NCBI GenBank assembly: GCA_039799905.1
Contig: JBDLRP010000039.1
Span: 32,001-96,000, forward strand
DNA length: 64,000 bases
Direction: 5' to 3'
Source: Pseudomonadota bacterium
Lineage (GTDB): Bacteria; Bdellovibrionota_B; Oligoflexia; Silvanigrellales; Silvanigrellaceae
Made by a program: the position numbers and the translations under genes. The notes below the pieces were generated by a model that did not search any database, was not told the origin of the DNA, and saw only the letters and a list, made by a program, of their open reading frames with translations. Shown piece by piece: positions 46,060 to 55,568 of this stretch (within the stretch, counting starts at the first letter, position 1; the number at the start of each line of letters is the position of its first letter).

Positions 46060-48261
46060 ATGAACCCCCCCACAGATGCAAACAAACATCCCGACATCGG
46101 GCTGTCAGCCTCCGAACTGGCAAGTTTGCTGGAAGTTTGTCAACGCACACTGGTGACACGACCCGAGCTGGCGGCTTGGGTTCGACCGATCGATATTGGT
46201 GGCGGTGTTTCGTTACCGTTTATTCCCATCCGCTGCTTCCGGCTGATGAATGTTTCATCAATTTCGGATATCGACCTCGCCTCTCCGCAAATGCAAGTTT
46301 TTCGTTCAAGCGGCAGTACTCAGGCTGTGCGCGCAACTCATTATCTCGGTCCGACCGGTTGGAAGGCCTACCAGCAGTCATCCGTCGAGGGTTTTCATGA
46401 CGCGTGCAGCCGACTGGGCATTTCCGCACGGTCGAAGATCGTCAGTCTTGTCCCTCCCCGCGAACAGTGGCCAGAAAGTTCGCTTGCTGCCATGATTGCC
46501 CTGTGGAAGGAAAGCGGACTGGATGTTCATTATGTGGACGTCGAAGCACAACCAGAATCTTTGTGCCGCTTTTTCAGTTCACAGGCTAACACCGAGCAAG
46601 AATCGTACGTCATTTTCGGCACGTCACTTCACCTTCTCACCGTTGCACAATGGCATGCAGACAACGCAGTCGGCGATGCAAAAGCATTTATCAACAGCAA
46701 GCGTGTTGCTGTCTTCGACACAGGCGGCAGCAAGGGCAGGACTGTCAACATCAACACAGAAGTTTTGCACAGGCTGATCAAATGCTGGGTCACCGACGAA
46801 ACGAATCTTCTTCTGGTGTCGGAATACGGCATGTGCGAACTCACCTCGCAGGCATACACGGCACACCCGCCGCACGACAATGTTTTTCAGTGCAGTCCGA
46901 CACTCCGCTCATACGTCATTCGTGCGGATCTGAAGGAAGTCTCTCCGCACGGAGAAGACGGATTCCTTGCGTTCATTGATTTGGCCAACACCGACTCGTG
47001 GCCGTGCATCATCACCGAGGACTTGGGACGCAGTCTGCATCCTTCGGAGCGTTCATTCGCTTTGCGCGGGCGCGCTCCGGACGCCACAGTCAAGGGTTGC
47101 AGTTTGAACGTCAGGACAAACTTTCGTTTCGACTTGAGCCGAATGATAGAAGGTGCACAGGCTCAAAATACGTCGGAAGAGAATATTGCAGAGCGAAAAC
47201 AAATTTCATCTATCCGGAAGACCTTAAGACGAAATTTATTCACACCTGAACAGCTTCTGAGTGCTCTTCAACACCCTGCTTGGGACACCGGATTCAAACA
47301 AGACCTGAATGCAACCCTGCGCGGATGGAATCATCCTTCCCACGAGAAGGGTTTGCTGGATGAAAGCATACTGCACGGAGAAACGTTAGCCATCATTGCG
47401 TCTGCAAACATCCCCATCACGTGGCTGTTTCCGGCCGCACACGCGTGGCTGATGGGTGCACGGGAAGTGCAGATCTTTCTGCCCTCGGTGCGGCAGGAAG
47501 ACCCAATCAGTGCCATTATCCGAAACCAAATCGTCGCGCTGGCGGAAGCCTTCAACCGCTGCGCGCACAGCGGATTTGTCCGTATCCATACAAATCGTTT
47601 CTCAGATAAAAACACCGCCGAGCGTATTCTGATTTTTGGTCACGACGAAACGATACGTACCATTTCGGCAGACCTGCAATTGTGCGGAGAAAAAAGAGCG
47701 GTCATCGGACTCGGCCACTTCCGCAACAAGTTTTGCCTGAACAACAGCACCGAAATCAATAAATTAGCCGCACAGTGTGCTACATGGCTCGGACGCGGTT
47801 GCCTTACGCCCATTCTCGCAGAGGTTCCGGACTCGTGGAGCAGAACTGAGATCAGCGCCCTGACGGCTGCATGCGCTGCAGCGATGAGTGCTGAATTTAA
47901 GAACAAATATCCTTCGCACGCGCCGACGCTGAAATTTGCCCACAGGCATAATCTTTCTGAACTTCAGGCAACCTCACAAGCGAATCATTTGGATCTCATT
48001 GTTCGCGACGAATGCAACCATGGTGTGGCCTGCATTGCGCTACCGGACGCTGATCCGGAATCACTCGCACAGACCGGATTGAGTCAGAAACTACTTGACT
48101 GGGGAGGATGCGGCTGGCTGACTGTTGCAAAGAAATCCATTTGCACACGGCTCTGGCCAACCTTGGGGCATGAGAACGCGTGGCCGCAATTGTGGGACGC
48201 TCATCAAGGCAAAAGCTGGCTCGATTGGTTAACCGAGTACCAGCAACCGGCGCAGCAATGA
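46060..48261 (+). CDS. LuxE-like acyl-protein synthetase fused to LuxC-like acyl-CoA reductase
   Basis: N-half: FRSSGST, DTGGSKGR, SEYGMCELTSQAY, DLAN..S..IITEDLG, GRAP...KGCSL. C-half: IIASANIP, IFGHDETI, GRGCLTP. Confidence 0.8.
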   Translation: MNPPTDANKHPDIGLSASELASLLEVCQRTLVTRPELAAWVRPIDIGGGVSLPFIPIRCFRLMNVSSISDIDLASPQMQVFRSSGSTQAVRATHYLGPTGWKAYQQSSVEGFHDACSRLGISARSKIVSLVPPREQWPESSLAAMIALWKESGLDVHYVDVEAQPESLCRFFSSQANTEQESYVIFGTSLHLLTVAQWHADNAVGDAKAFINSKRVAVFDTGGSKGRTVNINTEVLHRLIKCWVTDETNLLLVSEYGMCELTSQAYTAHPPHDNVFQCSPTLRSYVIRADLKEVSPHGEDGFLAFIDLANTDSWPCIITEDLGRSLHPSERSFALRGRAPDATVKGCSLNVRTNFRFDLSRMIEGAQAQNTSEENIAERKQISSIRKTLRRNLFTPEQLLSALQHPAWDTGFKQDLNATLRGWNHPSHEKGLLDESILHGETLAIIASANIPITWLFPAAHAWLMGAREVQIFLPSVRQEDPISAIIRNQIVALAEAFNRCAHSGFVRIHTNRFSDKNTAERILIFGHDETIRTISADLQLCGEKRAVIGLGHFRNKFCLNNSTEINKLAAQCATWLGRGCLTPILAEVPDSWSRTEISALTAACAAAMSAEFKNKYPSHAPTLKFAHRHNLSELQATSQANHLDLIVRDECNHGVACIALPDADPESLAQTGLSQKLLDWGGCGWLTVAKKSICTRLWPTLGHENAWPQLWDAHQGKSWLDWLTEYQQPAQQ

Positions 48262-49545
48262 ATCCACAGGGGGGAGCTTGCCTCCCTCCTTCCGGCCGAG
48301 GTCTTTATAGAGCCGCCTCCAGATTCTCCAATCCAGCGTTTTTCCAGCGAGCAGATCATCCATTTTCAAATTGACAGCTCCGCTTGTCTCTTTGCCAAGC
48401 GACAGACTCTTTTTCACAAACACGGATGTGTTTTCTTCGGCAGGAATATCAACATCGACAATCTGATTATCCATGCAAAAGACGAGCAGTGACTTCCATA
48501 CGGAGATCATCGCATCTGTGGAGACATCCGACGCCCGCACCGATTCCAGTATCAATATTTTTTCTCGAGCGCTGAGTGCGGCACAAATTTGCACCGACTC
48601 AATGTCGCGATTGAGAGTCAGTTCAAAACGTTCCAATTCTCCAGCCCTTGCGTGTACGGGGCCGCCATGCGGGATGGATTTCTCAGGACTGGCGGGATCT
48701 GCACCGCCCTCAACGGCATAAGACGAGGCGTTGACCAGCACTCGATTTTTTTCGTCGCTGCTGTCCAAATGATTCAGACTAAAACCGGCTGCACGGATAT
48801 CTGCCAGACTCAGCCAGAAATTGCTGTAGTACAACCAATCACCCAATGCATGAAGATTGTCCTGACCTCCTCCATCGACGTACTCACAACCAACGATATA
48901 ACGACGCGAATTTTCTTCACGCCGCACATATGCAACCCGGCAATAGGCACGGCACAGCCCAAACACGGGCAAGGAGATGTCGAACCAATACCGCTGTTTT
49001 TCCAGAAAAGGCAAAGGATGTCTGTCGATGATTAGGCGCATGCCGCCTGCCGAAACATCCGTCACTTTTCCATAGATCGTATTACCAAAACGCAATTCGT
49101 CGGAGATTGTCACCATCGGCGAGACACTCTCGTTCATCTGGATGCGCGCAGAACGGCGTTTGATGTGTGCCGGCCTCACGACCTCGGCCGACCTGCTCAG
49201 GGTAACCCCCAAGCGGACAAACTCACCCTCGGCAACACGCTCAACCCGTGTATTGGCAATCGAACCTCGAGCACGAAAACGGGAGCCGGAAAAATCGCAG
49301 TCCAAATCCACCAGCTCGCCAATCGACAAAAGTGGCAGGTCAGGACTCAGTTTGATGCGAAGGCCCATACCAAAGGGGCTGTAGTCGACGCATTCGGCCT
49401 TCAACTCGATGTGTCCGAGGATAAGCTTGACATAGTGGGAAGCCGAAGCATTCACGACGAAGCGGGAATCTTGCCGCTGATCGGACTGATGGGAAATATT
49501 TTCCCGCTGGCCCGAAGACGATGTTTCTCCCATGGTGCCTCCCAT
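48229..49545 (-). CDS. Tandem PilZ domain protein
   Basis: RQDSR...DYSPFG and RRSAR...DVSAGG: two RxxxR/DxSxxG c-di-GMP motifs. Confidence 0.85.
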   Translation of the reverse strand: MGGTMGETSSSGQRENISHQSDQRQDSRFVVNASASHYVKLILGHIELKAECVDYSPFGMGLRIKLSPDLPLLSIGELVDLDCDFSGSRFRARGSIANTRVERVAEGEFVRLGVTLSRSAEVVRPAHIKRRSARIQMNESVSPMVTISDELRFGNTIYGKVTDVSAGGMRLIIDRHPLPFLEKQRYWFDISLPVFGLCRAYCRVAYVRREENSRRYIVGCEYVDGGGQDNLHALGDWLYYSNFWLSLADIRAAGFSLNHLDSSDEKNRVLVNASSYAVEGGADPASPEKSIPHGGPVHARAGELERFELTLNRDIESVQICAALSAREKILILESVRASDVSTDAMISVWKSLLVFCMDNQIVDVDIPAEENTSVFVKKSLSLGKETSGAVNLKMDDLLAGKTLDWRIWRRLYKDLGRKEGGKLPPVDSLLRRLLVLG

Positions 49546-49607
49546 TGCTCGACTGATTCGAGTAAAACATTTTTGGGAACAAATCTCACTACGAGGGAGA
49601 ATGACAC

Positions 49608-50255
49608 ATGAAGTTGATTGCAGGTATTGTTGCCTTCACCGTTTTGTCAGGATGCGCCAGCAAAAAATATGGCGACGAGAATATTCAAACTCAGCTCGAA
49701 ACTTCCGGCAAAAAGAAATCCGATAAAATGGGATTCGACAAAGATCGCAATCTCGTCATTCAGGACAAATCGACGGCCAGCGACGAACTGATCATTCAAA
49801 AGCACGTCAACGAGAAACTTCAGGCCGATTTGCAGAATGAGTTTCAGCTGCTCAAGCGCTGCCGGACCGAAGTTGCAGACGTCCGGCTTGGCGGGAACGG
49901 CGACCTTGCCGCAATGCCCGAGATCGACGGCATCAAGAATGACCCGACCTACAAAGAAACTGTCGGCATCGATGAAAGTGGCGAACTGGTTTTCGTCCGT
50001 CAGGAGAATTTTGAAGACCGTATCAAAGCTGAAAAGCAGTTTGAAAAATCAGTCCGCCGCCTGAGCAAAGTGGTAGCCGGCAACCGTGAACAGTGCGAGA
50101 TGCGCCTGCGCAAGGCACGCGTTGAACACGGCCTTCCTGCGGAGCGCACACCCGCCATCACCCGCTACGAGGGCGGACAGGTGATTATTGTCAGGCCGGC
50201 GGAGCGCAATTTGGACGACGCTTTCCAATTTGCAAACGAAGCAAAGCAGAAGTAA
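49608..50255 (+). CDS. Hypothetical lipoprotein
   Basis: Lipobox LSG-C; helical/coiled coil with a Cys pair; 3 nt before the ABC gene. Confidence 0.8.
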   Translation: MKLIAGIVAFTVLSGCASKKYGDENIQTQLETSGKKKSDKMGFDKDRNLVIQDKSTASDELIIQKHVNEKLQADLQNEFQLLKRCRTEVADVRLGGNGDLAAMPEIDGIKNDPTYKETVGIDESGELVFVRQENFEDRIKAEKQFEKSVRRLSKVVAGNREQCEMRLRKARVEHGLPAERTPAITRYEGGQVIIVRPAERNLDDAFQFANEAKQK

Positions 50256-50258
50256 TGA

Positions 50259-53200
50259 TTGTTCCCTATGATGGGAACAATTCAAGAAGAGCACGCAAAA
50301 CCGCACCAACGTCTTTTTCACGGGTGGATTTACCCGCTCATCAGGGCGGGGCGACATCGCCCGCTGAACCTCGACGACCTGCACCCCCTGCCTCCTGAGC
50401 AAGACTCTCTCGAACAGGCTTCACAGCGCTTCCGGCAAGCTTATGCAGGCCGTCTCATGCCCGCTCTTTTTGCCGCATTCAAACAACGTTTCATAAAGAT
50501 TTTACTGCTGCTCCTGAGCTTGTCGCTACTGGGGTTGCTGCGCCCGCTGCTGTTGCGCGACCTCATCGCGCGCTTCGCAGGTTCGACGCAAGACGGGCAA
50601 AAGAGCTTTTTTTCATTTTTGCCCGATACGACCGCTTTAGCACTTTTTGCTGTTGCCAGCTTTGCATTGTTGGCGTTTGCGCGCACCCACTTTCTCCGAC
50701 ATTCATTCAAAATGACGTGGGCGATGCCTGGGCTGCTGCGCCACGAGGTTTACAATAAACTGCTGAATATTCCTCAAAAGCAAAGAATCACCCTAACCAC
50801 GGGCGAATACGTGAATATCGCCACACGCGACTGCGACTCGACGAGCATGCTCGCATTTTTGCTCGAAGCGTTGCTTTATCCACTCGAAATTGCGGCCTAC
50901 TGCGCCATGCTGGTGTATTTCCTCGGCCCTTGGGCTTTGTTGGCCGTCGTTGCACTTGCAGCAATTATTCCACTCGGAAGAAGACTTGAACGACGCATGA
51001 GCAAGCTTGCCGGCGACATCCGCGAGCAATCGCGCTTGCGGCTCGGCATTCTGAGTGAAATTTTTTCCGGTATCAGAGTTATCAAGTTTCACGCTTGGGA
51101 AGATAAATTTGCCGAACGAGTCATGTCCATCCGCGAACAAGAGGTCACGCTCATGCGTGAGCGTGCGCGAGTCGCCGCACGCCACAGTGCGCTGACATCG
51201 CTGCTACCCATCTTGACTGGCGCCTCGATCGTCACGCTCGTCGCCTTCTTGGAAAAAGTACCGTCCACCGCCGATGTCTTTGCATCTTTTAGCGTCATTT
51301 CTGCGCTGGTGGTCATCTTCAGCAACACACCTGACTTCCTACAAAACCTTGCGGAATTGCGTGTCAGCCTGAATCGGATCGGAGATTTTCTTAGCCAGCC
51401 TTCTGCCCCAGTTCCTGAATCAACTCCAGACAGCGCTGAATTCTCGTTCGAACATGCAAATCTCAGCCGAACTTCCACCGACGAGACGGGTGTGTCACAG
51501 CCGACTGTACTGCATGACATCACACTGAACTTTAAACGAGGACAACGCATCGCCATCGTGGGTGCAGTGGGCGCTGGCAAAAGCACGCTGCTGAGTGCGT
51601 GTCTCGGCGAAATGACTGTGCAGTCGGGTAAAGTGAGCCTGCCGAATCCGGTGGCCTTTGCGCCGCAGATTGCTTGGAATCAAAACGCCAGCGTGCGGGA
51701 AAACATCGTTTTCCAATTACAGTGGAATAAGGCTTTGTTCGACGAGGTTATTTTTGCATCTGCGCTGTCGGGCGATCTCTTGCAATGGGACGGCGGTGCG
51801 GAATGTGAGGTTGGAGAACGCGGCATCAATCTTTCCGGCGGACAAAAGCAGCGGCTGGCACTTGCAAGAACACTCTACGCTGCGCGCAGCGAGGATATCC
51901 GCACGGTGATCTGGGACGACCCATTCAGCGCTCTCGACGAAACGGTCGCCAATCATATCTTTGAACATGGCCTGAATGATTTTCTAGCCGACAAAACGCG
52001 CATATTCAGCACGCACAGAATCGATTTCGCGTTGCGCTCCGATTACGTCGTGGTGATGAGCAATGGGCGCATCAGCGAACAGGGTGTGCCCTCGGACCTG
52101 CTCAATGCGCAGGGAGAGTTCGCCAAGCTTGTTGCGCTGCATGAACGCACGCGCGGTGCTGAAGTTCATCGTGAACATCAGCCTGCAGAAAATGTAAAAA
52201 AAGATGATCAGCCCGCAACCGATGCAACCCGACTGATGACGGAAGAAAAAATCGCCCTGCCTACATTCAACAAAGAAGCGCTCAACGAATACATAAGAGC
52301 ACTGGCTCCCGCGCTGGGGCTGTCGGGCGTCGTGTTCATCTTTCTCTTGCCCCGACTGGCTGATGTCGGCTCAAATCTCTGGCTGGGGCATTGGACTTCG
52401 CACTCCAGTGCCATCGCGCTGCCCACAGCTATGGCTGTTTTCGCTGTTCTCACCTTCATGACCGTCCTGACGGAACGTGGTCGGACGGTTGTACTATTTG
52501 ACGGTGGCGTGCGTGCCGGAACGACTTTTTTCAAACGACTGATGGACGGTGTTTTCAGCGCGCCGATGCGTTTTTTCGACACCTCTCCACAGGGACGCAT
52601 TCTCAACCGCTTCACCTCCGACACAACCACCATCGATTCGTCGATGCCATCGTCGGTCGGGCAATTCTTGGGTTCGTGCGTCGGTATTTTTGCCTCGGTC
52701 CTGCCGGTTGTTTGGGGCAGACCAATAGCCTTGTTTGTGCTCGTTCCCGCCGCCCTGCTCTACGTCTACCTTTTCAAAACGGTGCGCGGTGCCCAGTTGC
52801 GCCTCAATGCGCTCTCGCAGACGGTGCGCAGCCCATGGATGTCGCTCACAGCAGAGACCGTTCCAGGCTTGTCGGTGATCCGCTCATTGCGTGCACAGGA
52901 TCTATTCATGGAGCGCTATCGTGCGCTCATCAACCGCCACATATCCACAGGCTTCTATGTCGTGGCGGTGAATTTGTGGTTTGCATTTCGCCTCGAGATG
53001 CTCGGTGTTGCACTGGTGGGTGGTTTCATTTTTGCGATGCTGCTCTCGCCCGGTACAATCTCTACAACACTTGCGGCAGTCGGACTCACATTCAGCTTGC
53101 AAATGATCGGCATTCTCGGTGGCATCGCACGGAGTCTGCGATTTCTTGAAAATGCACTCGTATCGGTTGGACGTGTGAGCGAATATTCAAGTCTTCCTCC

Positions 53201-53906
53201 TGAAAAAACAGATTCAGCCGAAGCTTTGCCGGAACATTGGCCAGCGAACGGAAACATTGAACTGCGCAAACTGACCGCAGCCTATGACGAAGGACTCAAG
53301 CCGGTACTCTCGGACATCACTCTGTCCATCAAGGCAGGAGACAAAGTTGGTATCGTTGGTCGCACCGGCAGCGGCAAGAGTACGCTCTTTCTTGCTCTGA
53401 CACGGATGATTCCGATTTCGCCGGGAATGATTTTTATTGACGGCCTGGACATCAGCCGCGTTCCGCTCAAAAGACTGCGTCAATCTATTTCAATGATCCC
53501 TCAAGACCCCGTACTTTTTTCCGGAACTCTTAGGGATAATCTCGACCCGTTCGGACAACAGAGCGATGCCGCAATCACGACAGCTTTACGCCGCGCCCAT
53601 CTTGATCATCTCTGTGTTACGGCCGAGTCCGCCGGTTCGTTCAAGATCGAGGAAAACGGGCGCAACCTCAGCGTGGGCGAACGACAGTTGGTTTGTCTGG
53701 CACGAGCTCTTTTGTCGCGTACGAAAATCCTGTTGATTGACGAAGCGACTGCCAACGTCGACGTTGCCACCGATGCAAAAATCCAGCAGACGCTGCGAGA
53801 AGAGTTCACCCACTGCACCCGTCTGGTGATTGCCCACCGAACAAACACCCTTAACGACGCAGACGCCCTTGTCAGAATCGACAAGGGCGTCCTGATTGCG
53901 AATTGA
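50259..53906 (+). CDS. Full-length ABCC/MRP-type ABC exporter (TMD-NBD-TMD-NBD)
   Basis: GIRVIKFHAWE, GAVGAGKS, NLSGGQKQR, WDDPFSALD, FFDTSPQGRILNRF, GRTGSGKS, NLSVGERQ and DEATA. Confidence 0.95.
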   Translation: MFPMMGTIQEEHAKPHQRLFHGWIYPLIRAGRHRPLNLDDLHPLPPEQDSLEQASQRFRQAYAGRLMPALFAAFKQRFIKILLLLLSLSLLGLLRPLLLRDLIARFAGSTQDGQKSFFSFLPDTTALALFAVASFALLAFARTHFLRHSFKMTWAMPGLLRHEVYNKLLNIPQKQRITLTTGEYVNIATRDCDSTSMLAFLLEALLYPLEIAAYCAMLVYFLGPWALLAVVALAAIIPLGRRLERRMSKLAGDIREQSRLRLGILSEIFSGIRVIKFHAWEDKFAERVMSIREQEVTLMRERARVAARHSALTSLLPILTGASIVTLVAFLEKVPSTADVFASFSVISALVVIFSNTPDFLQNLAELRVSLNRIGDFLSQPSAPVPESTPDSAEFSFEHANLSRTSTDETGVSQPTVLHDITLNFKRGQRIAIVGAVGAGKSTLLSACLGEMTVQSGKVSLPNPVAFAPQIAWNQNASVRENIVFQLQWNKALFDEVIFASALSGDLLQWDGGAECEVGERGINLSGGQKQRLALARTLYAARSEDIRTVIWDDPFSALDETVANHIFEHGLNDFLADKTRIFSTHRIDFALRSDYVVVMSNGRISEQGVPSDLLNAQGEFAKLVALHERTRGAEVHREHQPAENVKKDDQPATDATRLMTEEKIALPTFNKEALNEYIRALAPALGLSGVVFIFLLPRLADVGSNLWLGHWTSHSSAIALPTAMAVFAVLTFMTVLTERGRTVVLFDGGVRAGTTFFKRLMDGVFSAPMRFFDTSPQGRILNRFTSDTTTIDSSMPSSVGQFLGSCVGIFASVLPVVWGRPIALFVLVPAALLYVYLFKTVRGAQLRLNALSQTVRSPWMSLTAETVPGLSVIRSLRAQDLFMERYRALINRHISTGFYVVAVNLWFAFRLEMLGVALVGGFIFAMLLSPGTISTTLAAVGLTFSLQMIGILGGIARSLRFLENALVSVGRVSEYSSLPPEKTDSAEALPEHWPANGNIELRKLTAAYDEGLKPVLSDITLSIKAGDKVGIVGRTGSGKSTLFLALTRMIPISPGMIFIDGLDISRVPLKRLRQSISMIPQDPVLFSGTLRDNLDPFGQQSDAAITTALRRAHLDHLCVTAESAGSFKIEENGRNLSVGERQLVCLARALLSRTKILLIDEATANVDVATDAKIQQTLREEFTHCTRLVIAHRTNTLNDADALVRIDKGVLIAN

Positions 53907-53916
53907 AGCGTTTTGT

Positions 53917-54246
53917 TTATTTAAAGTCGGCGCTATTGGTGAGGTACTCGACCAGTTTGGCCTTGTCTGTATTTTTCCACGCGTCAGACTGTGAGGGTGG
54001 CATGGTGTTGGCATTGATTCTGTTCAACATCGCCGTGCGGTTGCTCTTCACTCCCGAGAACGTCGAAAGGTTCGGTGAAGTGGTGCCACCGTGGCAGCCT
54101 GTACAATTGGATGTCAGCAACGCTTTTCCAGTTGCGGTGTAATCCGCACCGTCGGCAGCGGAACTCGATGAATCGTCGCCACATGCAGATACCAGTGCGA
54201 CAACGCCAATTGCCATTGTTCCCAACGTGAGAGCTTTCAACTTCAT
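53917..54246 (-). CDS. Small monoheme cytochrome c lipoprotein
   Basis: Lipobox VSA-C, CTGCH heme motif, MPP axial Met; RBS GGAGG. Confidence 0.9.
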   Translation of the reverse strand: MKLKALTLGTMAIGVVALVSACGDDSSSSAADGADYTATGKALLTSNCTGCHGGTTSPNLSTFSGVKSNRTAMLNRINANTMPPSQSDAWKNTDKAKLVEYLTNSADFK

Positions 54247-54295
54247 AAATTCCTCCAGTTGCAGAAGACCGTGTCCAAATTCTTTGGCGAGTTTA

Positions 54296-54332
54296 TCGGC
54301 AGCGCAATCGAAGATAAAAGTCGGCAGCGCAA
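54296..54332. promoter_or_regulatory. 12-bp direct repeat upstream of cytochrome c
   Basis: TCGGCAGCGCAA at 54296 and 54321. Confidence 0.5.
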
Positions 54333-54366
54333 AATTCACGACGCTCAGTCAATTCCTAGACAATCT

Positions 54367-55503
54367 TTAGGCATAGGGAGAATGCACATTCAGTTCTACA
54401 AATTGTTCCTCAATCAGTCTTTTTTCTTGTTCAACAAAGCGGCTGACAGGGACCTGAAACTGCGGGTCATGAATGAAGTGACAGCTGTATGTCAAAGTTG
54501 GAACAAATCCACGCGGAATTTTGTGCTCACCCTGAGCGCCGGCTTCATAGACATCCAGCCCATTCTCTATGCAGTATTGAATTGCCTGATAGTAACAAAG
54601 CTCAAAATGTAAAAACTTAAGGTCACGCAAAGTTCCCCAATAGCGACCAAACATTTTTTTGCCTTTTACAAAATTGATAGCTGCCGCCAATGGCTCATCG
54701 TTAATACTTGCAACAAAAAGAACGACCCTGTCGTTCATGGATTGAAATATCTGCCTGAAAAAATCACGGCTCAGGCATGGAATTGAGCCCCATTTCTCAT
54801 TTGTATCAAGATAAAGTCTGGCCATCAGATCGGCGTCGGCATCAGTCAGTTCACCGCCTGTTTTTGTGACAATCCTGAGCCCGTCGGTTGCGGCCAGCGA
54901 TCGGCGCTCCAGTTGAATCTGCCTGCGCCGCTTAGACTTCAGGACAGCGAGAAAGCCATCGAACGACTGATATGAATTATTGAACCAATGATACTGGAAG
55001 CTATGCCTGAGAATGTACCCTTTTCCGAGATAGTTTTCAGTTTGCTGCAACGGCAGAAAAAGCGAATGAATAGACGAACAGCCGGCACGCTGGGCGATGT
55101 TTTTGAGCTCTTCGGCAATGACGGGCTCAAGTTTTTCTCTGGAAGCGTCGGGATGCACGAGCACCTTTGGCCCCGTTGCTGGCGTATAGGGAACTGCCGA
55201 GACAAGTTTGGGATAATAATCCTTGCCGGCCCGCGCATATGCCTGATTCCACGCATGGTCAAAAATAAATTCGCCGTATCCGTGCGATTTAACGTAACAA
55301 TAAGCAGCCGCCAGCAACTTGGACTCGTCATCCCTCAGCAACAGGTAAAACGGCAGCCAACCCATATCGGGCCCCGCGCAGCCCGTCGCTTCAAGCGCAT
55401 AAAGATGATCATAATCGGCAAACGGAAAATCAGGGGCCGTGAGGTTGTCCCATTCCTGTTTTGAAATGCCGCCAATGGTATGGAGAACTTCCAGAGTGAC
55501 CAT
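54367..55503 (-). CDS. FemAB-like GNAT family protein (DUF482)
   Basis: KSHGYGEFIFDHAW, YYPKL..VPYTPATG, QYHW.N..Y, GRYWG, LHFELCYY and EAGAQGEHK..RGF.P. Confidence 0.92.
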   Translation of the reverse strand: MVTLEVLHTIGGISKQEWDNLTAPDFPFADYDHLYALEATGCAGPDMGWLPFYLLLRDDESKLLAAAYCYVKSHGYGEFIFDHAWNQAYARAGKDYYPKLVSAVPYTPATGPKVLVHPDASREKLEPVIAEELKNIAQRAGCSSIHSLFLPLQQTENYLGKGYILRHSFQYHWFNNSYQSFDGFLAVLKSKRRRQIQLERRSLAATDGLRIVTKTGGELTDADADLMARLYLDTNEKWGSIPCLSRDFFRQIFQSMNDRVVLFVASINDEPLAAAINFVKGKKMFGRYWGTLRDLKFLHFELCYYQAIQYCIENGLDVYEAGAQGEHKIPRGFVPTLTYSCHFIHDPQFQVPVSRFVEQEKRLIEEQFVELNVHSPYA

Positions 55504-55505
55504 AT

Positions 55506-55542
55506 AAAAAAAGCCTCCTCTGTCAGTTCAAACAGAAGAGGC
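55506..55542 (-). terminator. Terminator hairpin overlapping the RBS of the downstream gene
   Basis: GCCUCUUCUGU-N8-ACAGAGGAGGC-U7-AU-AUG. Confidence 0.8.
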
Positions 55543-55568
55543 CTTCAAGAGCAAGACTCGCGCGAGAT

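Noticed and set aside
46060..48261. Bioluminescence locus
   Set aside because: No luxA, luxB, luxD or luxG in the window.
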